Shown in pieces: positions 1 through 8,573 of a DNA stretch of 64,000 nucleotides (its first letter is position 1; the number at the start of each line of letters is the position of its first letter). A program made the position numbers and the translations under genes. The notes beneath the pieces are model-generated. The model ran no database searches. It saw only the letters and a list, made by a program, of their open reading frames with translations, and was not told the DNA's origin. The stretch covers positions 558,001 through 622,000 of the forward strand of contig NZ_JMCB01000006.1 of NCBI RefSeq assembly GCF_000737315.1. The letters are read 5' to 3'. The DNA is from Hyalangium minutum (lineage in GTDB: Bacteria > Myxococcota > Myxococcia > Myxococcales > Myxococcaceae).

Positions 1-251
1 AGCATCATGGCCCGCTCCAGGTGGCGCGGCTCCTGGAGCAACCCCACCTCCAACACGGGCAGCTGCTCCATGCGCTCACGGGCCCTGCCGGCGGCCAGCA
101 GCCCCGGGAGCTCCCGGCCCAGCTCATCCCACGGCGCGAAGGCCGTGGGCAGCCTCAGGCACGGGTCCTCCTCGGGAAGAAAGCCCCGCTGGAGGTGAGC
201 GGACGAAGCGGCGGCGAAGCCCTCCGCTCCCACCGCCTGCGCCTCGTTCAT
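1..251 (-). CDS. Indoleamine 2,3-dioxygenase/PrnB-like heme protein, N-terminal part (runs off window edge)
   Basis: Not in the ORF track. Manual translation from ATG 251 (GGAG upstream): MNEAQAVGAEGFAAASSAHLQRGFLPEEDPCLRLPTAFAPWDELGRELPGLLAAGRARERMEQLPVL...LERAMM. The GFLP..DP...LP..F..W..L...LP.LL pattern is typical of IDO/PrnB N-termini. Confidence 0.7.
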   Translation of the reverse strand, partial: MNEAQAVGAEGFAAASSAHLQRGFLPEEDPCLRLPTAFAPWDELGRELPGLLAAGRARERMEQLPVLEVGLLQEPRHLERAMM

Positions 252-327
252 GCGTGTCTCCACGGTGTACTCCCTCGGGGCACCTTGGCGGGCTTGCGCC
301 CCGGTGCCCAGCCCAGCTCATCCCCTG

Positions 328-1152
328 TCACGGCTGCTGAAAACGGCCCAGTGTCTCCTGCAGCCTGCGCACTTCCTCAGGCGCCAGTCGACAGTGTCTG
401 CGCTCGATGAAGCTCTTGAGCTCGTTACATCCGTCCTGCCCGAACCGCCGCAGATACGTCTCCAAGAATCCCAGGTCCTCATAGAGAAAGGCCACATCCG
501 GCCGGACCATGGTGCGAATCACCAGCAGCGGCGGCGAGGAGCGCAGCGGATGCCAGGCCGGGTTGCGCAGGCCCGTCTTCGCGCAGGCCGGGTAGAACTC
601 GCCCAGCATCAGCCCTTCCTTCACGAAGGCGGGCTTGAGCCGCTCGTGCAGGGCCTTCATGAACTCCGCCTCCTGCTCGCCGGGCATGCCCGTGAAGATC
701 GTCACGATGGCCTTGAACTGCCCCAGGCTGTGCTCCACCGGCTCCTTCTCCAGGAAGTACCGGCGCATCACGTGAAACGCCTGCTCCACCTCGTCCACGC
801 GCAGGTGCGGCTGATCCATCACCGTCAGGTGATACAGCCGGCGCTGGATGGATTTCTCGACCCAGGGGCACACCGGCCCCGGCCGCCCCAGCTCCGCGTG
901 AGGCCGCGTCAGGTAATCACGAGACCAGCGCGCGACCGCCCGGAGATAGCTCATCTCCTCCTCGCTGGCCCCCTCCAGCCGCGAACCTTCCTCCAGGTTC
1001 AGCACATCCAGCGCCTGATACATCGCGGGAAGCGGTAGCGCGGGCGTCTCTTCACCCTGCGCTGTGATCAGGTTGAGCCTTTCGGCTCTCTTGCTGGCTC
1101 CTACCTTGGAAACGCCAGGGATTCTCAGCGAGGGCTCGGAGGGGGGAAGCAT
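328..1152 (-). CDS. DUF6875-like protein
   Basis: Contains YLTRPHAELGRPGPVCPW. ATG 1152 has GAGGT upstream. Co-oriented with the IDO-like gene. Confidence 0.65.
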   Translation of the reverse strand: MLPPSEPSLRIPGVSKVGASKRAERLNLITAQGEETPALPLPAMYQALDVLNLEEGSRLEGASEEEMSYLRAVARWSRDYLTRPHAELGRPGPVCPWVEKSIQRRLYHLTVMDQPHLRVDEVEQAFHVMRRYFLEKEPVEHSLGQFKAIVTIFTGMPGEQEAEFMKALHERLKPAFVKEGLMLGEFYPACAKTGLRNPAWHPLRSSPPLLVIRTMVRPDVAFLYEDLGFLETYLRRFGQDGCNELKSFIERRHCRLAPEEVRRLQETLGRFQQP

Positions 1153-1180
1153 CAAAAGCACCTCACAACGATGAGGGGGT

Positions 1181-1207
1181 AAGAAATCAGTGAAAACCTG
1201 ATTTCTT
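1181..1207. promoter_or_regulatory. Perfect inverted repeat AAGAAATCAG-N7-CTGATTTCTT in AT-rich divergent promoter region
   Basis: Read directly. A second palindrome, AATTGT-N5-ACAATT, lies at 1218-1234. Confidence 0.55.
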
Positions 1208-1379
1208 CTCGTTGTCTAATTGTCTGGAACAATTTTACTCTCAAAAAAGCCGGTAGAAAAGCGAACAACACGTATCAATTTCGCGGCGGTGGAATGCGCA
1301 CATCCAGCGACTGATACCGACGGGCCAGCGGGGGGTGGCACCTTGGTGGCGCTCGCGAGGCAGGACTACACTGCGTCCC

Positions 1380-2033
1380 ATGCGCGTCCTCTACCTCTCT
1401 CAGATCATGTCGCATGATCATCCGCGCCGCGCCGCGTTGCCGGACGAGCGGAAGATGATCGCTCCTTTGTTTCAGGAGCTGGAAACCCAGGTCCACGTGG
1501 TGGATGCCACCTGCGAGCCCCTGCCGGATCCGCGCGAGTATGCCGGCGTGCTGGTGGGCGGCAGCGCGGGCTCGGCCAATGACACCGAGCCGTGGCGGCT
1601 GCGGCTGCGCGAGTGGATGGGCACCTGGCAGCAGGTGCCGCTGTTGGGTATCTGCGGCGGCCACCAGCTGCTGGCCCACGCGCTGGGCGCGCGCGTGCAG
1701 AAGATGGCCCGGGTGCAGGTAGGAGTGCACCCGCTCCAGCTGCCGGACATCCCCGGGTTCTCGGGCTGGGTGATGCACATGCACAGCGAGCACGTGGTGG
1801 ATGTGCCTCCCGGAGCCACCGTCTGGGCGGAGGACGTGGCGGGAATCCAGGCCCTGCGCTTCCCCGGACACCGGTGGACGGTGCAGTTTCACCCGGAGAT
1901 GCCCGAAGAGGTGGCCTACAGCTCGGGCCGCAGCATGGGCGCCACCGCCGAGAGCTGGCCACAGCGCGAGGTGCGCGCCGCCGTCTCGGATGGCAAGGCC
2001 CTCATCCGCACCTGGCTGGACGGCCTGCGCTAG
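1380..2033 (+). CDS. Type 1 glutamine amidotransferase
   Basis: GICGGHQ nucleophile elbow and QFHPE His-Glu: complete catalytic triad. Confidence 0.88.
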   Translation: MRVLYLSQIMSHDHPRRAALPDERKMIAPLFQELETQVHVVDATCEPLPDPREYAGVLVGGSAGSANDTEPWRLRLREWMGTWQQVPLLGICGGHQLLAHALGARVQKMARVQVGVHPLQLPDIPGFSGWVMHMHSEHVVDVPPGATVWAEDVAGIQALRFPGHRWTVQFHPEMPEEVAYSSGRSMGATAESWPQREVRAAVSDGKALIRTWLDGLR

Positions 2034-2095
2034 CGCCGCAGCCTGGCGCCGTGGCCGCCCCCGCCCGCCTCCCCCCCCCCGAAAGGCAGTGCCTG

Positions 2096-3115
2096 ATGAC
2101 GACCGAGAAGCAAGCCGCGCAGTCCGCCCCGAGCGCTTCGCCGCCGCAGCCGTCCCCGCTCCTCCTGGAGCGCTTCGACAGCCCCTTCTCCGTGGGGACA
2201 CCCGGGGCGCGGTGGGCCTTTTTCTCCGTGGGCCCCGTCCCATTCAACGATGGGCTGGCTCAGACGTCTCCGGACGGGCTCTGGTTGGTGCCTCCGGGGC
2301 GGAATCCCCGCACGGGCGAGCCCGCCTACAGCCTGTCTCAAGTGCCGGAGAAGAGCGCGGACGAAGTCCCCGGCCAGTTCGACCACTGCAAGTGGCTGGT
2401 GTTCAGCACGCACAAGGCCTCCACGGGCCTGCCAGGCTTCGACGCGGTGCGCGGTGAGGAGCTCGCCTTCGAGGCGTGGATGACCGGCCGGACCTTCGGC
2501 ACGAAGGCCCACCCTTTCGGCCCGGCGGTGCGCAACCCGGAGGAGGATTTCCGCCTGGCGACGTTCGGGCAGAACACGATCGACGTGGAGACCGGCATGG
2601 TCTTCGACTTCCTCTTCACCAACGAGCAGATCTACGCGCTGTACGAGCGCCTGCCCTTCGCACGGACGCCGCAGAACCCCTACGCGGCCTTCACCTACGC
2701 CATCCCCCTGGCCCGGCGGACCCCGGAGGCGGTGCACCACGTGAAGATCGCCTATGACCGGGCGGCGGGCACGGTGCGGTGGGAGCTCGAGGGGAAGGAA
2801 GTCTTCCGCGTGGACAAGCTGGGCCGCAGCCTCGACTCGCGGTGGCTCATCGGAGATCACGGCGGGCAGGAGCAGGACGTCGAGCTGCGCCAGCTCAACG
2901 TGGGCTTCGGGTTGTTCTCCCTGCTCGACTGCTTCCTGGAGGGCCGTGGCCTCGTGCGGCTCTCGGGCCAGCCCGACTTCTACGTGCTTCCCCCAGCGAA
3001 GCCGGGGCAGGCGGCGGGGTTCGCCGACGAGCAGAGCCACGCCAGCAACCGCCTGTTCGGCCAGGGCGCGGAGCTGCGCATGCGGCAGTGCAACGTCTCC
3101 AGCACCCCGCGCTGA
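2096..3115 (+). CDS. DUF6081-like protein
   Basis: FDFLFTNEQIYALYERLPF and FGLFSLLD segments. ATG 2096 follows GAAAGG. Confidence 0.6.
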   Translation: MTTEKQAAQSAPSASPPQPSPLLLERFDSPFSVGTPGARWAFFSVGPVPFNDGLAQTSPDGLWLVPPGRNPRTGEPAYSLSQVPEKSADEVPGQFDHCKWLVFSTHKASTGLPGFDAVRGEELAFEAWMTGRTFGTKAHPFGPAVRNPEEDFRLATFGQNTIDVETGMVFDFLFTNEQIYALYERLPFARTPQNPYAAFTYAIPLARRTPEAVHHVKIAYDRAAGTVRWELEGKEVFRVDKLGRSLDSRWLIGDHGGQEQDVELRQLNVGFGLFSLLDCFLEGRGLVRLSGQPDFYVLPPAKPGQAAGFADEQSHASNRLFGQGAELRMRQCNVSSTPR

Positions 3116-3133
3116 ACCCCTGAGCGCCCCTCT

Positions 3134-3161
3134 CCCCAGGAGCGCGGAGCGCTCCCTGGGG
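3134..3161. terminator. GC-rich hairpin between convergent genes
   Basis: CCCCAGGAGCGC-GGA-GCGCT(C)CCTGGGG stem with one bulge; no U-tract. Confidence 0.35.
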
Positions 3162-3184
3162 ATGGACGGCACGGGCGCCGAGGC

Positions 3185-4663
3185 TCAGCGCGCCTCGGAG
3201 GAGAGCTCGATGGGATGCTCCATCCAGCGGAAGCCATCGTCCGTGGCCACCAGGCCGCCGGGGAACATCGGCTTCTCCCGGGGGCGCTGGTCACCTTGGT
3301 TGGCCTGCGCGAGGATCTGCGAGCGCACGTCGTGGTACCCGTCGATGATGTCGTCCGGCTTGGGCGCGTCGTCCGTCTCGCGGTGCGTCTCCGCCATGCG
3401 CGAGCCAATGCCCTCGCGATCCTGGAAGAACTCGTGCGCGGAGGTGCTGCCGGCCACCAGGCGGATGAACTGCTCGTTGGCCTTCTCCTCGGTGTTGATG
3501 ACCTTGCGCGCGGCCCAGAAGTAGGACTCCACCTCCTGCTCCATGTCGTAGAAGGAGAGCAGGAAGTCGTAGAAGACGCCGTACTCCTTGCGGTAGCGCT
3601 TCTCGTATTCCTCCATGCAGCGCTCCTCGTTCACCTCTCCGCGCAGGAAGGTGTTGATGGAGCGTGAGGCGAGCAGGGCCGAGTAGGTGGCCAGGTGCAC
3701 GCCGCTGGACAGCAGCGGATCCACGAAGCACGCCGTGTCTCCGAGCAGCACCATGCCCGGACGCCAGAAGCGGCTGTTCATGTAGGACCAGTCGCGCCGG
3801 ATGCGGATCTTCCCGTAGAGCTCGTGGTCCTCGATGCGCTGAGCGTTGGCCAGGTACTCGCTGATGATGGGGCTCTGGCGAATGAACTCGAGGTAGGCCT
3901 TCTCGTGGCCGAGCTCGCGGATGCGGTCCGCGGACTCCACGGGCACCACCGCGCCCACGCTGGTCAGGTCGCTGTTGTGGGTGAGGGGGATGTACCAGAA
4001 CCAGCCTTCCTTGAAGGCCGCGGTGAGGATGTTGCCCTGGTTGGGCGCCGGCAGGCGCTTGCCGCCGCGCCAGTAGGCGAAGATGGCCAGGTTGCGGAAG
4101 AACTTGGACCACACGCGCTCGCCCACGTGGGTGTAGAGCGTGCCGGTGTTGCCCGAGGCGTCGGCCACATACCGGCCCCGCACCTCGCGCGGCTGGCCTG
4201 TCTCATCCTCGTAGCGCAGCCCCACCACGCGGCCGTTCTCCTCGATGACGCCGCGCACGGTCTGCTGCTCGCGGACCACCGCGCCCTTGCGCTTGGCGTT
4301 CTGCAGCAGGATGTTGTCGAACTTGGCGCGCTCGACCTGGAACGCGTAGCCGCGGCCGAAGGCGCCGCCCAGCAGCGGCGTGTCCCGGAAGTTGAAGGTC
4401 CAGGGCTCCGGACTGCGGCCCCACTTCAAGGTGCCGCCGTTCTTCGTGGTGAAGCCCGCCTGGTGGATCTCCTCGTACACGCCGAGCAGCTTGCAGATGC
4501 CCTGCACCGTGGAGGGAAGCAGCGACTCGCCAATCTGGTAGCGCGGGAACTTCTCCTTCTCCAGCAGCAACACCCGGTGGCCCTGCTGCGCGACAAACGC
4601 GGCCAAGGACGAGCCGGCAGGACCTCCGCCCACGACGATCAGATCAAATTGTTCGGCTGCCAT
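3185..4663 (-). CDS. FAD-dependent halogenase (carrier-protein/phenolic type)
   Basis: GGGPAG FAD motif, FPRYQIGESLLP, catalytic Lys in TTKNGG, WFWYIP (WxWxIP), FVDPLLSSGVHLA. RBS GAAAGG upstream of ATG 4663. Confidence 0.92.
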   Translation of the reverse strand: MAAEQFDLIVVGGGPAGSSLAAFVAQQGHRVLLLEKEKFPRYQIGESLLPSTVQGICKLLGVYEEIHQAGFTTKNGGTLKWGRSPEPWTFNFRDTPLLGGAFGRGYAFQVERAKFDNILLQNAKRKGAVVREQQTVRGVIEENGRVVGLRYEDETGQPREVRGRYVADASGNTGTLYTHVGERVWSKFFRNLAIFAYWRGGKRLPAPNQGNILTAAFKEGWFWYIPLTHNSDLTSVGAVVPVESADRIRELGHEKAYLEFIRQSPIISEYLANAQRIEDHELYGKIRIRRDWSYMNSRFWRPGMVLLGDTACFVDPLLSSGVHLATYSALLASRSINTFLRGEVNEERCMEEYEKRYRKEYGVFYDFLLSFYDMEQEVESYFWAARKVINTEEKANEQFIRLVAGSTSAHEFFQDREGIGSRMAETHRETDDAPKPDDIIDGYHDVRSQILAQANQGDQRPREKPMFPGGLVATDDGFRWMEHPIELSSEAR

Positions 4664-4676
4664 CTCGACACCTTTC

Positions 4677-5888
4677 TCATGCCACGAAATGCGGCATGAC
4701 TTCCTGAGCAAAGTACCGCATCTGTTTCAGCACCTCGTCGTGCCCCCGCGTGAACTCGAACCACAGCATCACGCAATCCTCCCGGTGGAACCCCCGAGCG
4801 CCCCCCTCGGCGAGCTGCTCGCGGATGGCGTGCGCGTCCCCCACCAGGGCCTTGGCCAGCAGCGCTTCCTTGGGGGGCGTGGCCAGCGTGCCCCGCATGC
4901 CCTCGAGGTAGATATCCATGCCGCGCGAGGCGGCCTCCTCGGCCCGCCGCTGATCCGGATCAATGAAGATGAGCGCGGTGCGCGGCAGCCGGCCGCGGTG
5001 CCAGACGCTGCCATGGGCGCTGGCGCGTCCCGTCATCTCGCGGTGGAGGGCGTTCAAGGACTCGGCCGAGGTGAAGGACAGGTTGAAGATGTCCAGGTCG
5101 GCGAACTTGCAGCCAATCTCCCGGGCCAGCGGATCCGCGGAGCCGAGCACGAAGCGCTGGCACTCCCGCATGGCGGGGGACAGGGAGGGGACCAGCCGGA
5201 TGGGCTCGAAGTTCCAGCGGCGCCTGTAGGGCAGACGCTCGGGCAGCGGCCCCGCGCTCAGCCGCGCCAGTTCCTTGCGGGCGCGCTCCCATTCGCCGTC
5301 GCTGTCGAAGTGCTCACGCCCCAGCGTGAGCGGGGTGAGCATCTCCGAGGAGAGCGTCTCGCCGTTGCTCAGCCGCAGGAAGATCTCCAGCGCCTCCAGG
5401 AACACGAAGCGCTTGTACTGCTTCCACAGCAGCTTCTCCTCCGCGTCACGGGGGTGCACGCCAAACGGCCTGTTGATGAACTCGAACCGGCCCGAGGCCA
5501 CGCCGATGCGCAGCATGCGCGGCGTGTCGCGCAGCCCGTTGAGGAAGGCGAGCATGCGCATGGCCTCCGCCGAGCGGATGGGCCCCCCGTTGCCTCCGAC
5601 GATGTTGTAGATGGCCGTGCCGAAGCCGATCCGCTGCGTGCGGTCCAGCAGGAACTGGATGAGCTGGGGCGCGTCATTGCTCAGCCCGAGCTCGCCCGGA
5701 TAGGTCGGAACGACCGGCTCGGCGTGCCCCTTCTGCGGCTCGCTCGAGTAGTGCGACTCCGACAGCCACATCGTCGTGTAGCCGAGCTGCTCGGCCAGGC
5801 GCGTCTGCTCCAGGAGCTCTTCGAAAACCTGCCGCTCTGCACGAACCCAATCCGTCGTGCCTACAGAGTGGAAAATATCGAATAGCAT
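4677..5888 (-). CDS. Luciferase-like (LLM class) flavin-dependent oxidoreductase
   Basis: AEQLGYTTMWLSESH and IGFGTAI motifs; 13-nt gap to the halogenase start. Confidence 0.85.
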   Translation of the reverse strand: MLFDIFHSVGTTDWVRAERQVFEELLEQTRLAEQLGYTTMWLSESHYSSEPQKGHAEPVVPTYPGELGLSNDAPQLIQFLLDRTQRIGFGTAIYNIVGGNGGPIRSAEAMRMLAFLNGLRDTPRMLRIGVASGRFEFINRPFGVHPRDAEEKLLWKQYKRFVFLEALEIFLRLSNGETLSSEMLTPLTLGREHFDSDGEWERARKELARLSAGPLPERLPYRRRWNFEPIRLVPSLSPAMRECQRFVLGSADPLAREIGCKFADLDIFNLSFTSAESLNALHREMTGRASAHGSVWHRGRLPRTALIFIDPDQRRAEEAASRGMDIYLEGMRGTLATPPKEALLAKALVGDAHAIREQLAEGGARGFHREDCVMLWFEFTRGHDEVLKQMRYFAQEVMPHFVA

Positions 5889-5894
5889 GCGACT

Positions 5895-5924
5895 ATTAAC
5901 TCAACGACACTGCGGCAGTGTCAA
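5895..5924 (-). promoter_or_regulatory. Putative sigma70 promoter (TTGACA-18-GTTAAT) overlapped by palindrome GACACTGC-G-GCAGTGTC
   Basis: Perfect -35 at 5919-5924 (minus strand), palindrome at 5906-5922, -10-like hexamer ending 6 nt before ATG 5888. Confidence 0.45.
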
Positions 5925-6013
5925 GGCACCCGCCCTGTCACATCTCCGAGACACGCCGGCCGTGAAACATGGCCCAAGGGGTGCCTCGAGGCTCGCCCCG
6001 GTGCGACGGGCAC

Positions 6014-6712
6014 TCACCCGAGGAAGGTAACGGGCAGGGCCGTCTCGCGAACCCCCTGCTCCGTGCGCTCCACGCGCCAGGCCTGGGCCTTCTCCCGCGA
6101 GGAGATGGTGTGGGCGAGCCGGGTGCCAATGAAGTGAAACCCCACTCCGTCATCGGCGGCGAACCCCCCCGGCAGGCCCTCGGCGATGGAGTGGTGGTAG
6201 GCCGGTCGGCGCGCCGGCTCGGAGTCATAGTGGGGGCACAGCGTGCCCGGCAGCAGCCCCAGCCCGTTCTGGAAGGCGGCCAGCGTCCCCAGCGAGTCCG
6301 TGAGGCCTCCCTCGAACCAGCACATGGCTCCGGCGCTCATGCCGCACAGCAGCACGCCTTGCTCCCAAGCCTCCCGGAGCACCGCGTCGAGCCCATGCAG
6401 CCGCCAGAGCGCCAGCATGTTGAGTGTGTTGCCTGGACCGACGAAGACAGCATCCTGCCGGAGGATGAGCTCACGCAGCGGCTCCGGGCCTCGCTGGAAG
6501 AGCGACAGGTGCGAGGGCTGGCAGCGGCTGGCGGGGTAGGCCCGGTAGAAGCGGACGATGAAGTCCGAGGCATCCCCCATGGCGGTGGGGATGAAACACA
6601 CGCGCTTGGGCGTGTCCTTCAGCAGCTCCAGCAAGTGGTTGTCCAGACACGGGTTGTTGGGCTCCATCAGGAAGCCGCCCCCGCTCAGTGCCACGATTTG
6701 CCGCTCCGCCAT
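6014..6712 (-). CDS. pepE: Peptidase E (S51 family)
   Basis: CFIPTA, GMSAG nucleophile and CPHY motifs; strong AAGGAGG RBS. Confidence 0.88.
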   Translation of the reverse strand: MAERQIVALSGGGFLMEPNNPCLDNHLLELLKDTPKRVCFIPTAMGDASDFIVRFYRAYPASRCQPSHLSLFQRGPEPLRELILRQDAVFVGPGNTLNMLALWRLHGLDAVLREAWEQGVLLCGMSAGAMCWFEGGLTDSLGTLAAFQNGLGLLPGTLCPHYDSEPARRPAYHHSIAEGLPGGFAADDGVGFHFIGTRLAHTISSREKAQAWRVERTEQGVRETALPVTFLG

Positions 6713-6839
6713 GGCCGCCTCCTTTGTATCAATTCATCCAATATAACGGACGTGAGCAGAGCCTGTTCGTCGCTGGACAGTCCTTCATCCGGCAGGCACC
6801 CTCCGAACTGCTTCTCCCCCCGCAAGAGGAACATCACGC

Positions 6840-7457
6840 ATGAAGGTCTACAACAACCCCTTCTCGGGCGCTGGCTTCAAAGTCACCGCCGTCGTCAATG
6901 AGCTGGCGCTGAGCAACGTGGAGCTGATCACCGTTGATCTCGGCAAAGGCCAGCATCAGGAGCCCTGGTTTCGGGCCATCAACCCCCACGCCAAGGTACC
7001 CGCGCTGGTCGACGGGGATATGTGTCTCTTCGAGTCCAACGCGATCATCACCTACCTGGGCGCGCTGAAGCCCGAGAGCGGGCTGGTGCCGACCGATCCG
7101 CGTGGCCTGGCCGAGGTGCAGAAGTGGCTGCACTGGCACTCGTCCACCTTCTACCCGGACGCCATGAAGATCAACTGGAACACCTACTACCAGAAGGTCC
7201 TCGGCCACCCGAAGGATGAGAAGACGCTGGCCGAGGGCCGCGAGCTGGTGGCGCGCGACCTGAAGGCGATGGACGGGGCGCTTCAGGGCCGCGAGTACCT
7301 GACGGGCAAGCTCACCGTGGCCGACTTCTCGCTGGTCTCCGCCCTGCTGATGCGGGACGTCGCGGGCATCGACCTCACGCCCTTCCCGAACGTGAAGGCG
7401 TGGGCCGAGCGCATGGAGGCGCGCCCGAGCCTGAAGAAGGCCCGGCCGCCGGTGTAG
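6840..7457 (+). CDS. Glutathione S-transferase family protein
   Basis: INPHAKVPALVDG, FESNAI and LTVADF motifs. Confidence 0.92.
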   Translation: MKVYNNPFSGAGFKVTAVVNELALSNVELITVDLGKGQHQEPWFRAINPHAKVPALVDGDMCLFESNAIITYLGALKPESGLVPTDPRGLAEVQKWLHWHSSTFYPDAMKINWNTYYQKVLGHPKDEKTLAEGRELVARDLKAMDGALQGREYLTGKLTVADFSLVSALLMRDVAGIDLTPFPNVKAWAERMEARPSLKKARPPV

Positions 7458-7478
7458 CCACCGGGCACCGTCCCGGGC

Positions 7479-8537
7479 TCAGCGCATGCTCGAGATCCAC
7501 TCCGAGATGAGCGCGAGGCCCTCGGGGTCGGTGAGGTGCGAGGCCGTGGGCGGCATCTGCTGCTCGGTGCCGCGGATGGTCATGCGGTGGTAGACGCAGC
7601 TCCCCTGGGGGTTGCCCGGATCAATGCGCCGGGTGATCCCGGGGGTGGCGAACTTCTCCACGGCCACGCCGATCCCCGTGCGGTAGGTGTCCGTGTCGGC
7701 GGCGTTCACGTCCTTCACGGAGAGCCTCAGGCTGAACGGGTTGTTGAACTCGATGCCCGTGGAGTTGTGGCAGTTGCCGCAGTTGGCGTGGAGGTAGCCG
7801 AGCGCGGCGGACTCCACGGAGTTGCCGGGGGCCTTGAAGGCCGCGGCCGGCGCCACGGTGAGCCGGCCCTCCTGGACGAGCGTGCTCAGCGTCACGCCGC
7901 TCCCCTCGTGGCTGAGCTGCAGCGCGCTGAAGCCGAGCGCCTGCTCCGACAAATAGGAGTGGCACGTCTTACAAGTCTTCGCCGCGGGGATGTCGTGGCC
8001 CGTGCCCTGGGCGCGGGTCTGCCCATAGGCGACATAGTCCGCATCCGAGCCATCCGCGCGCCAGGCGTACGCCCCGAGGATGAAGTCCTTGGGGCCCGTG
8101 CCATAGCGGGCGATGAAGCGCGTCTCCACCAGCTTGCCCTCGGCGGTGAAGTCCTTCCACAGGCGCGCCCCCACCGGGAGCACCCAGTGGTCCATGTCGC
8201 TCGTGTCGATCTGGCAGCCGTCCGGCAGCTGGACATAGCGGCGCTTCACCGCCGCGTCGGACCAGAGCGCGTAGCGCGGGGAGAACTCGCGCACCCCCGC
8301 CGCCAGGCTCCGGGTGGAGATGTCCTGGAAGAGCCCCGTCTCCGAGAGCGTGGCGGGGGCCTTCCCGCTCTCGAGCCCCGTCTGGAGCCCCGCGCAGGGG
8401 ACGTTCGGCTGCGGCGGGAGCGGATCCACGGGGGTGTCCGAGGAGCACGCCGCCAGCAACGACGAGGTGAGCAGGACCGTCAGCAGCTGGGCCCGGAGCC
8501 CTTCAAAGAGGAAAGAGAAGGTTGAGCTTCGCATCAT
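7479..8537 (-). CDS. Diheme c-type cytochrome lipoprotein (SO2930-like)
   Basis: Lipobox LAAC; CKTCH and CGNCH heme motifs; YALWSDAAVKRRY; distal QQMPP. Confidence 0.75.
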   Translation of the reverse strand: MMRSSTFSFLFEGLRAQLLTVLLTSSLLAACSSDTPVDPLPPQPNVPCAGLQTGLESGKAPATLSETGLFQDISTRSLAAGVREFSPRYALWSDAAVKRRYVQLPDGCQIDTSDMDHWVLPVGARLWKDFTAEGKLVETRFIARYGTGPKDFILGAYAWRADGSDADYVAYGQTRAQGTGHDIPAAKTCKTCHSYLSEQALGFSALQLSHEGSGVTLSTLVQEGRLTVAPAAAFKAPGNSVESAALGYLHANCGNCHNSTGIEFNNPFSLRLSVKDVNAADTDTYRTGIGVAVEKFATPGITRRIDPGNPQGSCVYHRMTIRGTEQQMPPTASHLTDPEGLALISEWISSMR

Positions 8538-8573
8538 CTTGAGGGCTCCGGGAACGTAACGGGGTGCGCTGGC

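Noticed and set aside
1-5888. Calling the cluster pyrrolnitrin (prnABCD)
   Set aside because: The halogenase is not PrnA-like, no Rieske PrnD is visible, and the gene order differs.
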